DNA of 63,104 nucleotides, filler included, from Choristocarpus tenellus KU-1152 (taxonomy: Eukaryota > Protista > Phaeophyceae), in assembly GCA_964200185.2 (NCBI GenBank). It is 11 parts of 11 records of this genome, joined end to end, with 100 filler letters (N's around TTAATTAATTAA, not from the genome) between each part and the next. Parts side by side here need not be neighbours in the genome. Positions count along the whole stretch, not along the records: positions 21,364 to 27,483 come from CAXNAD020008896.1; positions 27,584 to 31,066 come from CAXNAD020019728.1; positions 31,167 to 36,006 come from CAXNAD020012843.1; positions 36,107 to 39,243 come from CAXNAD020022056.1; 7 more parts are not named here. One strand, given 5' to 3'. The notes beneath the pieces are model-generated. The model searched no databases. It was not told the DNA's origin and was given only the letters and a program-made list of their open reading frames with translations. A program made the position numbers and the translations under genes. Position 1 is the first letter of the stretch, and the number at the start of each line of letters is the position of its first letter. Shown one piece after another: positions 25,757 through 36,879 of the stretch.

Positions 25757-27424
25757 TGTTCGGAGATGTCCTTTTTCTGATCTACTCTAAGCAGACGCAA
25801 TTCTCCACTATAGTGGGTATCATGATCTCAATGATGAACATCTGTCCACCTTTACCTTTATGAAGGCCCTACCTCATAGCCCTAACCCCTCCTCACCAAT
25901 CTACTTTATCCTACATGAGAGTATTATGGGAATAATACAGCTGTATACAGGGTTAAGTCGAGTCTTACTCCCTTTTCTTTGCTTCTGTGTTGCCTGAGGA
26001 GGAATTGCCTGATCTTGACCTTGAGGCGGCGGTCAGGGCACGCTCTGCGATCAGAAGTTTATAAGTGCCCAAGTTGTTAAATGCCAAGAAGATTGGGTTT
26101 AACATCAAGACACACATCAAGAGCCCTCTATTGACTGCCATGCTGTGCAATGTCATCACCAAAACTGTTCCAATGAAAAGGTCACCTTGGGTGTGCTCAG
26201 GATGTTGTTGGCTACAAGGAGAATTGTCACAATTGGTCTGACATGCCTGTAGACAGCGAGGGCAAACTGCAGGATGAGGTGGAGAGGATGAAATTGATAT
26301 TGCCACTAGAGGAGCAGGGAGTACTATGTAAAATGTTAGAAGGCATTATAATAAAAAGATAATATATATATATATTACTTTTTAAGGGATTTTGTGAGAG
26401 TCATCTTCCACAGAAGGTATACCCTGAAGGTGACCTATCTTGAACATAATGATATTCATATGACATTTGCTTTTGCATGTTGAAGGTAACATCTGCTTGA
26501 AGTAAGATTGGGTGGTTTGGAGTGACCTTACCAAAGCCCCCTCCTTCACTTTTCCATTTGTTCACTCTTTTCCTGAGTGATCTTCTGAGGGATTGCTCTC
26601 CCTCTTTGACTTTGTCTCTCTTTGGTCTGTCCTCCTGTGGGGCTTCCCGCTCCCCTTCATCTCGAAGAACCTGTCGTCTTGTTTCCACCTGTTTCACAAT
26701 TTTCTGAAGTATTAATGGTTTTCATTGTTTTTTTCCCTGACACCTCTCCAAAATGACAGAGGGTATAATAATATTAAGCATTGTGATGGTATGTTTAGGG
26801 TTAACATTGCTGAAAAATACTATGAGAACATTGACCAAGTATTTTTGGAACTATTTCTAACCTCTTTGACATCAATAGGATGGAAAAAAGAGGGAATTTG
26901 ATACACCGAGAGGTTTTTAAGAACTGGATCGGGCCTCTTTTGCTCCTGAAAGTGATCGTTTCAGAAAGATGAGAATGCGTTGATTTTACAGTTTCAATTT
27001 TTTCGGAATAGGAACAGAACCTTTTGTCGACTATTTGGCATCTACAAAAATCCTCATGACATGTATTCTGACGCACTGCTGATGATGTAACAACAGAGTG
27101 GGCCAATACGGTTAAGTCACCATCATAATATTCATTTCGACCATAAAACGCCAAGAGAGCTCGTGGAGAAGCACAACACGGCACGAGATTAGTCCTCATT
27201 TATTTGAACAAGTTCTAACCAGTGAATAGATACATCACAGTATGCATGAGAAAAATTATTTTCAGTTCCAATCGATAGTGCTGCTGATACACTATAGACA
27301 ACACTGGTGGAGTAAATAATAGGATGGAGAGGCAACTAATGGATGTGGCCAGTATGTTGTTATATATATCATCATGTACCAGGTGTATTGACTAGTTGCT
27401 TCCCAGTAATTCGTGCTCTGTTCA

Positions 27425-27483
27425 GAGCCAAAGTATCTTAGAGGGTAGAGCCACGTCCATTTGGGGGCCAAAATCCAATGTGG
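27425..27483 (-). mobile_element. MITE family A terminus, truncated by the contig end
   Basis: gagccaaagtatcttagagggtagagccacgtccatttgggggccaaaatccaatg. Confidence 0.9.
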
Positions 27484-27976
27484 NNNNNNNNNNNNNNNNN
27501 NNNNNNNNNNNNNNNNNNNNNNNNNNNTTAATTAATTAANNNNNNNNNNNNNNNNNNNNNNNNNNNNNNNNNNNNNNNNNNNNCAAAAATTACTTACAAC
27601 AAAGAAAATGGAAGGAATATTATCGACTGTTGCGGCTGTCGTCCTTCCCTCGGCGGCAAAGGGGGTGGGTAAAATCCCCTCCCTGCAAAAACCCTCCAAA
27701 AAAAATGAAGGTGACACTAATAATCCGAATTCTCGCTTGTTCTTTTAGGATGGCACCATTCTGAACAAAGGTTCTCATCGTTATCAATCACCGTCCATCT
27801 CAGCGCCTGAGATTTTCCTTTATTTTATTTTCCTCTTCCTCGAAAATCCCCCCCCCCAAAAAAAATGTACCGTCTCTTTCGGAGGGGGTTTAGGATTTTT
27901 CTCAACACAATTTATCGGTGAATGAACAAAGCACACAAAATGTACAAGACACACACACACACACACACATACACGC

Positions 27977-29936
27977 CTTCCAGCCTCGGCTGACTCGAGC
28001 CGGACGCGTTGCTCCTCCAGACGAGCCTTGAGGGCCGTTGCCTCGTTCATGGCTGGCCCCAGAGCTCTTGCGCTAGCCACCTGCCCCCCGAGAGCCACCA
28101 GCATCATTGAGACAAAAAAGGATTGCAATGCATGTGTTGAATTAATAGCAATTCTTATATATCGTGTAAGAAAAAAAAAAGAAAAAAAAAAGCATTTCAC
28201 AAGAAAAATCAAAAACGTTTGTGTGTGTGTACGTACATACGTTAGGTATTAAAAAAAAAAAAGAGTACTGAATGAGAGTAAATCCTTGCTAGGAAGGGGG
28301 TCGGGGGTAGAATTAGGTGAAAAAAAAATTACATATATATATATATATATATATATTTCTTCAGGGTAGAAAAAAATAAATACAGGAGAGACCTTTTCAT
28401 TAAAAAAAAATTCCCTGATTCTGTTGCATCTTTTTCGTCCTGAATATTCTTCAACTGCAGAATGGCGCAACCAAAACACAAGTAGAGTATTTCAATAATC
28501 TTCTCAAAAATGTTTCTCAAAAAACAAACAAAAAAAACATCCCCGGATCTCCGAGGAAATAGGAAAAAAAAAAGAAAAAGATCTGACACACACAGGTCCT
28601 TAATGCAATCAATCACGAGGGTCCTTAATGCAATCAATCACGAGGTCATGATTCTGAAAACATCCGACAGCATGGTCTGTCTGACAGAATGGTCTGCCCG
28701 ACAGAATGGTCTGCCTGACAGAACAGTTGTCGGGATCGACACGCTGCAGCTGGGCTTCCCTAGGGCAAAATCCTTGGAAGGCGGTAAAAACAAAATAACA
28801 AAACAAAACAAAACAAAAAATAAACGATTCGAAACTGTGCACCCAAATACGCGGGAGGCCCCTTTCAAACTCAGCACGATAACACATCGTACCTCTCCCT
28901 CCAGCGACGCCACCTGCTTCTCTCGGAACTCCAGCCTCTGCTCCAGTCCACGTACCTTGTTTCCACGCGTTTCACCGGAAGTGGAGCGGGGGAGGGTAGG
29001 GGCCAGGTGAGGTGTACTGTCAGGGGTATAGATTAATATATATATATATATATATACTGTGACACATCAATCTACTGGCCCCTGAAACGGTCTTAGACTT
29101 CGTCGGCACTGCATTTACTTCAATTTCCTAGAGGAGATCAACAAACCAGTACAAACCAGCTCTATTTAAAATAAATCCTCACGTCCCAACTACGGATACG
29201 ATTTATCGAGAAAATCGACAACCCCGAACAAACTGGCTCTATTATATGTGCTCATGTGGTCGGCAGTACAACTCCAAATTTGTCTGAGAAAATCAACAAA
29301 CCGGTACAAACTGGCTCTATTCTACATGCTCACGTCGTCGGCAGTACAACTCCAAATTTGTCTGAGAAAATCAACAAACCGGTACAAACTGGCTCTATTC
29401 TACATGCTCACATTGTCGGCAGTACAACTCCAAATTTGTCTGAGAAAATCAACAAACCGGTACAAACTGGCTCTAATTTATGTCCCCCCTCCCTCACAGC
29501 ACGGGGGGGGGACGGGACGGGACGGGACGGGGACGATCCCTTCCGTGACAAAACGCCATCGAACACAATACTGCACCTTATCCTATATCCCCCCCAAAAA
29601 AAAATAAAATTGAGATGAATAAATATCATATTTTCATTGCTACCAGGGTACCTTTTACCAGTGACGAGGGAGATACAAAAAAAAAGAAAAAAGAAAAAAG
29701 AAAAAAGAGTAACGACAGATGCCCTTTGCAGTCCGAGGATAGACCCCCCCTCCAAGTCGTTTGGAGAGAGTGGTACTGTGAGCACTTCCAATCCCATCAC
29801 CGCCTTCACCTTGCCGGAGTTTTTTTACCGTGCCGATACTGTATGATAGAAAGGGATGTTTTCGTATGCCAGTAATGTGCTTTGTTGATATTGTTCTAAA
29901 AAGAAACGTCAGAATATATTTTTTTCTTATTTGATT

Positions 29937-29974
<38 letters not shown>

Positions 29975-30949
29975 AATAAAGATAAATAAAAACCTACAAA
30001 TTCCCTTGCTAGAGTGTCTCTCAAGGGATCATCTCACCTGCTCTCCCAGTGCCCTCGCCCTTTCTTCCGCCTCCTTGGCTCGTTGGACGGACGCATCCTC
30101 CTTCTGCACCAGCAAGGCAGCCTAAGGGGGTTTTCAGAAGATCATCAGCACCCTCACCTTCGCTACCTTATTCTTTACTTTCATATTATTTTTATACTTT
30201 TATATTTATTTTATACTTTTATATTGATGTTACACTTCCAAATTTATTTTACACTTTTATATTTATTTTAACATTCATATTTTGTTCACAGCATCACCAT
30301 TTTGAATCTTAAAAAAAAATCTTCCCATAAATCATTAAATCACTCTTATTGTTGAGCTAATCCGTGAAGAAGAAAAAAAACACCTCTGTTTCTTCTCAAT
30401 TATTGTTTATTTCTTATCACAATCATTGATACACTACCAACAAAATAAGAGACGATTTCAAAATGTAGCAGTAGCACCAGCACCACATGACACCCTCTCG
30501 GAGCACTAAAAAATAAAATAAAACATACATACATACATACATACATACATACATACATAAATAAATAAATAAATAAATACATATTTGAATGGACATTTTC
30601 CGGGGTAGCTTCCTCCTTCCACTTCTCATCACACACACGATCCATGACGCCCCAGCCCTCAGCTTACAGAACACACAAAGATGCGCACTCACCAACACGC
30701 TTTCAGAACAAACAAACAAACACACACACAAATACCACACCACCTCCCCCACGACTCCCCCCCCTCCCCACCCCAAAACACACCCTCGCCCCTACCCGTA
30801 TCAACAAACTGTCAGCCCCTCACATGTTCAGCCACAGCATCACGGTCCTTTATCAAGGTATCTAGCTGTTGGCTGAACCCCTGGTGCATGCGAGCAAAGC
30901 TGGCAGTCTCCCGGGCTGCCTCTATTGCCTCTGCCACGCCGCGTTCCGC
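27977..30949 (-). CDS. Internal exons of a coiled-coil protein gene (partial): 30824-30949, 30038-30121, 28893-28955, ~27977-28080
   Basis: AG/GT-bounded GC-rich exons, all joined in phase 0: AERGVAEAIEAARETASFARMHQGFSQQLDTLIKDRDAVAEH|AALLVQKEDASVQRAKEAEERARALGEQ|VRGLEQRLEFREKQVASLEGE|VASARALGPAMNEATALKARLEEQRVRLESAEAGR. The donor of the last exon is uncertain. Confidence 0.75.
28595..28722. repeat. Short intronic tandem repeats (gtccttaatgcaatcaatcacgag x2; 16-bp gacagaatggtctg.c x3-4)
   Basis: Direct reading of the sequence. Confidence 0.8.
29097..29478. repeat. Intronic 78-bp minisatellite, 3 near-identical plus 2 degenerate units
   Basis: Unit gctca.gt.gtcggcagtacaactccaaatttgtctgagaaaatcaacaaaccggtacaaactggctctattctacat starts at 29250, 29328 and 29406. 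Degraded units lie at ~29097 and ~29178. Confidence 0.92.
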
Positions 30950-31276
30950 CTTCATGGGTTTTGGGAAAATTTCAGCAGGTGAATTTATGCATCAGCGATG
31001 CAGGGGAGGGGGGGGGGGTGGTTGGGGAGAAAAACACAGAAAGGCAAGTCGAACATGGATGCGACCNNNNNNNNNNNNNNNNNNNNNNNNNNNNNNNNNN
31101 NNNNNNNNNNTTAATTAATTAANNNNNNNNNNNNNNNNNNNNNNNNNNNNNNNNNNNNNNNNNNNNCTTTACAACACCATGATTCCTCTTCCTTCGTAGT
31201 CTATGTATCATATACAATGCATTCGATTCAGGTTTCAACAACAGTCCCACCATATTACTGTATTGTGGTGACTTGT

Positions 31277-31830
31277 AGTAGTGATGTACTAGGGAGATTT
31301 TGTTTGTTATAGCAGACGTTATATGTATTGCTAAGGACCCTGCCATTTCATGGATTGTGGGAGACGCAACATGGTATTGCTAAGGACCTGCAGGAGAAGT
31401 ATCCGATAATGTTTCCGTTGGAGACTACAATAGGACGGTAGATATGAGGTAGCATCTGTGTTCCAGTGACCTGCAGTAGTGATGTACTAGGGAGGTTTTG
31501 TTGATTGTAGGAGACGCTACATGTATCGCTAAGGACCCGGCCATTTCATGGATTGTGGGAGATGCAACATGGTATTGCTAAGGACCTGCAGGAGAAGTAT
31601 CCGATAATGTTTCCACATGAAACTGTAATAGGACAGGTGGGTTGCTGATTTTTATTGACCTCAGACCAGTATTGATGGAAACTACTGCTTTGCTATTTAT
31701 TGCATGTAATGATGTACTAGGGAGGATTTCCTTGATTGTAGGAGATACAACATGTTATTGTCAAGGACCTACAGGAGAATGGACCCAAGAATATTTACAC
31801 AGAGACTGCAATAGAACAGTAGTATATTGA
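31277..31830. repeat. ~200-bp tandem repeat x3 with ~50-bp sub-repeats, upstream of a Gypsy relic (possibly LTR/UTR)
   Basis: gta.tgatgtactaggga..tt..ttg.tt.tag.aga....cat.tat.gctaaggacc at ~31277, ~31476 and ~31706. Confidence 0.85.
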
Positions 31831-32259
31831 TGACTGATTCTTTTGTACCTACACAGATCCAACGTCAACATTGATGTTGGGGTATATTTGTGGCATTGTT
31901 TTTCAGAGAACTAGCAGAAGTTTGTTTTTCTCTAGTTACAGGGAAGTAGATTTTTTGGGTGCATAGTGTCTGCGCAGCAAGGGAGAGTGTTCATAGATTT
32001 GAGTGATGGCGAGCCAGTGGCATATATTGTATGTCCTGACTCATCATAGTGTCCATTGATTTGAGTGTTATGTTCAAGATGCACTTACCATACTTAAGAC
32101 AAGTAAATAGGTGATTCATAGTAAAATAGTGTGGACGATTGCAAACCTCACACTATAGGAATAGTTATGGTAGTTAAGGCTTGTCTCACCCACCTATTCA
32201 GTCAACGGATTTGAGACCACAAGCCCCTTTGTAGTACTAACATTGCACATCTACACTAA

Positions 32260-35200
32260 GCTATCCACCGTATTTCATCAAAGCACCAAATCCGCTTCAA
32301 CATCGAGATCCTGGGACAGGCACTCTCAACGAGACACAAGGAGGTCCAGAGAAGAACGCAGAGACTGCACCCGTTCACCTAGACGTCATCGTCCAATCAA
32401 AGATTATTCTCCGCTCAGATCTGTATCACCAAGGCCATTTCAAAGGGAAAGTCTGATTACCGTACGACGGCAGAGAGAGGTGGAAGCACAGTTGCCAATA
32501 GAATTAATGAGTTGCGTGCACCGACTGAGTCAAATGAGTCACATAATCCGTTAGGAAGCAGCGAGACAGAACCTATCGAAGCCTTGATATGCGTTATCAC
32601 CAAGATTTTATTAAAACCATGGAATGCATTCATAAGGAACTCGGAGACCCAGCCAACGGCCCCGTTTTCCTTAGAGTACCTGCAGATATCTTCGCCCCAT
32701 CCAACCCAGTTTTCTTCGCTGATGCCCTTATCAAGGCTCCAGGGAGGTTTCAAGGAGGATCGTGGGCTTTACCTAAAGACCGATCCCACATTGGTAATGC
32801 GTAATGTCCACGAAGTGATACCCTAACTCCTTTCTGCATCGAGCTTCTTGAGCAACTATTGTCCGACTCTCTCAGGACTCACAGCGATCTCCTGAGCGAC
32901 TCATCTAAAGTGGAAGTCCCAAGCGTCACAGGACAACTCCTCCGGGTTCCTTAGGAAGACATGACGGCTACTGAGTGGGTTCATATCTTGGTGAGAGAAT
33001 GTACTCTTTTGTACAGTCAATCCAAAAACACAGTGAAGAATGCGATGAATTTGTTAAGGGCAGAGAGAGGGGAATCGTGGAAAGCTGTAGCCAACGGTCT
33101 TGTTTTACACTATCGAGTATACACTATAGATTCGCGGATGCCTCATGTCTGCAAGACAACTTACTTTTGGAGGTATTTAGTTGAAGACGAACTCATTGAT
33201 CTATGTTAGTGACCTCTTCCTTTTCTTCTTCCCAATTCTTCTTCCCAATGTTCTCGATCAGATTGTCACCGTAGCCATAGGCAGCATGATCCCCGCTCCT
33301 ATCATGTCGCCTGTCCAAACGAACTAGTCAAGTATGAATATCTACTCTGCTACGGCATCCTCGCAAAGTCCGCTCGAGAATGCCTGTGCCGATACTCTTT
33401 GACACAGGTGCAGGGGGTGGGAATTACATTTCATCTGCTTTTTGGCGGAGCGCTACTCTCTGGGGGGGTAGCAACGGCTTACCACACCTTATCCAAGCAG
33501 GTAAAGGTACGTTGCAAGCATCAAATCCTAAGGGATGCAATTATTCCATCAATGCAGGTATTGGGGTCCTGCATACTACCAATATTGTTTCCCCAGAGGA
33601 TAGAGTCTGCAATGTGACATTTAGGGTAGTAGAAGTACTACCTAATGGGATGGTGGTTCTAGGAGCAGTATTCTGTAGGCAGCACAGGAACGTACTATCA
33701 TTTGGAGAAGGGGAAGACTTTCGACCAGCTCCACAATCACCGTGGATACCTTTTGTTCGAGCTCTAGAACCCAGATCTCGCGACAACAGGTACCCCTGTC
33801 AGCCCTAGGGGAGTGGCAAGCATCAACGACGCCCACAACCCGACCATCCAAGTATCACAAACTGCCTTTTAACACCCCCAAACCAGCTGGATGTGGAGAA
33901 ACCCCCCCTGACACACTTCCCAGATATCCTAGATGCAGTAGTACATCAACTGGTGAACATACGCAACCAGTGGAGGAACATGCGTGGAGGAACATGCAAG
34001 TTTTTTCGATGTAGATCCAGAAGCAGGAATCTCAGCCATAGACCTTACCCAGGACAAGGATCCTTTGACCCCATCACTAGAGAATCCAGGTCTAGTACCT
34101 CTCCCAGTAGAAGTAGTGTGGGAAGACGAAGGGACTCTGCAGTGGGAATTGCATCTGTCAGAAGTAACACATGTAGAAGGGTTTGTTAGCAAAATTTGCA
34201 AAGGATTATTAAAGGGGCACAACCGCAATCTAGGCAGTTGGTGGTGATTGAGCCTTTATCAGAATACAACTTGGAATTGGGAAATGCCGTTGGAGTTGCC
34301 AGAGGTGTACAATGGTGGGACCCAGGCACCCCCATCTATTGCAAGCTGGTAAATACGTGCAGTAAACCAAGTAGTGTCCAAGCAGGGTTGCCAGTTGCAA
34401 AGGCGATTGCTCTGAATACTCATGATACGGAGAAGATGATTGCACTCTTTCAGACACTAACCAAACCCTCCCAAGATCCCCAAAGAATACAGGTCCTACT
34501 TGCCACATCTAGTTCCCAGCCAAGTTACTCTCCAGGGCCAGACAAAACCAGCGACTGCCCAGTAGAAGAGAAAGACAACACTCCCTCAGATAAAGTCATG
34601 GAAGTTCGGCATCAGTCAGTGAGCCTTAGTGATGCCAATATGGGACAGTTGACACCAGGACAGAAAGAACAGTTGGTAGAATCGTTATAGGAATTTAGGA
34701 ATTTAGGTGTATTCCCAGAAAACCCTAAAAGAGTTCCCCTATGCTCTAGAGGAGTATTGCATATACCACTCATAGACGAGAACTGTACACCCTATGCAGC
34801 AAAGCAAAGGCGCTTCTCTCCTGAAGAAACTCGGATGATTCAGGCAGAAGTTAAGCAGTTACAAGAACGTGGTATAATTAGACCTTCCACCTCAGCGTGG
34901 GGAGCAGCAGTTGTAGCAGTACGAAAGAAAGATGGGACCCTCAGGTTGTGCACAGACTACAGAATCCTCAATGATCTCTCACGTGGTTATAACGGAGGTC
35001 TTGGGAATATTGCTAGCATCTTTGACAAGCTTAAGCGTTCTAGCTGTTTCACAGCCATAGATTTAGCATCAGGATTTTTCCAATTGGAGATAGCAAAGGT
35101 AGACAAACACAAGACAGCCTTCCGTAATGCTCATGGACAACTATGGAGGTATAACAGGTGTGGCTTTGGCTCGAAAGTCTTACCTGCAGTATTCTCTAGT

Positions 35201-35954
35201 TACATGAGAGAGGCGTTGGGAGACCTCAAAGGAAATGGTGTAGAGAACTGACTAGATGACCTCATTTGCTACACTTCATCATTTGATGAACATATGACCA
35301 AACTCCGCCTCCTCCTGACCAGACTCAAGCAATATGGGCTGTAGGGATGGCTTGAGCCCCGCTCCATCAAAAAGATAGCAGTAGCAAACCTTGATCCCCC
35401 ATGGACAGTTGAGCAGCTGATACTTTTTTAGGAATGACAGGATACATGCGACAGTTTGTCCGAACTATGGCCAGCTAGCTGCACTGCCAACTGATATTCT
35501 TTGGAATAAAGGGTATGCTTCCAAAAGAGCCAAAGTATCTTAGAGGGTAGAGCTGCGTCCATTTGGGGGTCAAAATCCTATGTTGTGATTTCGAAGAAAT
35601 TTTGGCTATCGTGTTTGTTAGGAAGTGTCATTAACCTTGCTCTGGATATACCTTTTCAGAACGTATAAATTTTACCTACTCCGAAAAATTTTGAAGTAGG
35701 AAAATGTCATAAAAACCCCGAGGGAAGCCAAGCCCCAAATGGACAAACAGGGCAAAACTAGTACCCTCTTAGATAATTTCACTCAAAGAGACAGGAAGAA
35801 GAGCATTCCTTGCGAACCAGACGAGCAGATGGCATTTGAGGAACTTAAGGTACGTCTAATTTCTCCCCCAACCCTAGTCTTCCTAGACTGGGATAAACCG
35901 TTCCTTCTCCATGCACATGCGAGTGAGGAAGGGACTGGAGGGACTCTGACCCAG
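32260..35954 (+). mobile_element. Degenerate Ty3/Gypsy LTR retrotransposon (gag-like, protease, beta-rich linker, RT, start of RNase H)
   Basis: Protease ILFDTGAGGGNYIS (~33390). RT IIRPSTSAWGAAVVAVRKKDGTLRLCTDYRILN, FTAIDLASGFFQLEI..DKHKTAF, and N*LDDLI (catalytic YxDD, ~35245-35265). Then FLGMTGYMRQFV, GYASKR-RKK.IP and AFEELKVRLISPPTLVFLDWDKPFLLH. Many stops and frameshifts. Confidence 0.93.
35527..35784 (-). mobile_element. MITE family A copy inserted in the Gypsy RT/RNase H linker, 3-bp TSD AAA
   Basis: Removing the element plus one AAA restores gct tcc aaa aga gac agg aag (ASKRDRK) in frame. Confidence 0.92.
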
Positions 35955-36006
35955 GGGTCAAAGTATCTTGGAGGGGGGGTGGTTTGTGAGGGGGCGTCCG
36001 TTTCGG
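35955..36006. mobile_element. Terminus of a third related MITE variant, inserted in Gypsy RNase H
   Basis: gggtcaaagtatcttggagggggggtgg..gcgtccgtttcgg shares the AAAGTATCT core and a gtcc(a/g)ttt motif. Confidence 0.7.
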
Positions 36007-36106
36007 NNNNNNNNNNNNNNNNNNNNNNNNNNNNNNNNNNNNNNNNNNNNTTAATTAATTAANNNNNNNNNNNNNNNNNNNNNNNNNNNNNNNNNNNNNN
36101 NNNNNN

Positions 36107-36797
36107 GGAGGTGATGAGAACCACCAGAGATGAGGTTCAGAAAGGAAGTGAGAGATGAAAGTGAGGCATGCTGGGCGTTTGTTGACAGCCTTATTAGAGT
36201 GCCATGTTAATCAATCCCCAGTGTGATTGGTTACAACCGATCATAATAAAAAACACAATCTCAGGCTTATTATTTGGATTGAATGCAGCTTTCAGGGTTA
36301 CTTGTACCCTGTCGTGCGTCTGAACTACACCACATCACCTGCCCTGACCTCAATGCCAAAAGTTGGCGTGCTTATTTAATGGATAATAATGCTGCGCGCA
36401 TAATCTTCGTTAGTGCCCACTTGATCCTAATACTATTTCTGTCAGGGACAGGTCCCGTTTTTTGGGATCTCCTTATTAACACTAATGAGGATAATGCGCG
36501 CAGTCATACCCATTTAAGCGCGCCACCTTTTTGGCATTGAGGTTAGGTGAGGTGATGTGGTGTTAGTATATTTAGAAGTGGCTTGGGGTAACCCTGACAT
36601 GAACGGTGGATTCAATCCACCATTGAGATTGCATTTTCTGTTCTGACTGATCCAATCAATCAAACGAACCAATCACAGTGGAGATTGATCAACATATATG
36701 CATGATTTTGGAGGTGTCAACACACACCCAGAATGCCTCAAGTCTCATCCCTCACTTCCTTTCTGAATCTCATCTCTGGTGGTTCTCATCACCCCCC
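36107..36797. mobile_element. ~690-bp foldback (long-TIR MITE-like) element with ~300-bp imperfect arms
   Basis: ggtgatgagaaccaccagagatgaggttcagaaaggaagtgag (36110) pairs with ctcacttcctttctgaatctcatctctggtggttctcatcacc (36751-36793). Pairing continues inward to ~36415/36480. Confidence 0.88.
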
Positions 36798-36879
36798 ATC
36801 ACACAGTACCAGGCCCCATAACAGTGATACTTACAGCGATCTGTGTTGGGGATTGACCAGAGATGTAGGGTCAGGTCAG

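Noticed and set aside
29097-29478. CRISPR-like array or repeat-protein ORFs (29248..29607, 29256..29618)
   Set aside because: The units are contiguous with no unique spacers and there are no cas genes. The ORFs arise from the 78-nt period and lie antisense within an intron.
31277-31830. CRISPR-like repeat/spacer pattern
   Set aside because: The inter-repeat segments are themselves repeated, so this is an ordinary tandem repeat.
32007-32020. tRNA primer-binding site tggcgagccag for the Gypsy element
   Set aside because: It is only an ~11-nt match, is not preceded by an LTR ..CA end, and no second LTR is available to confirm it.
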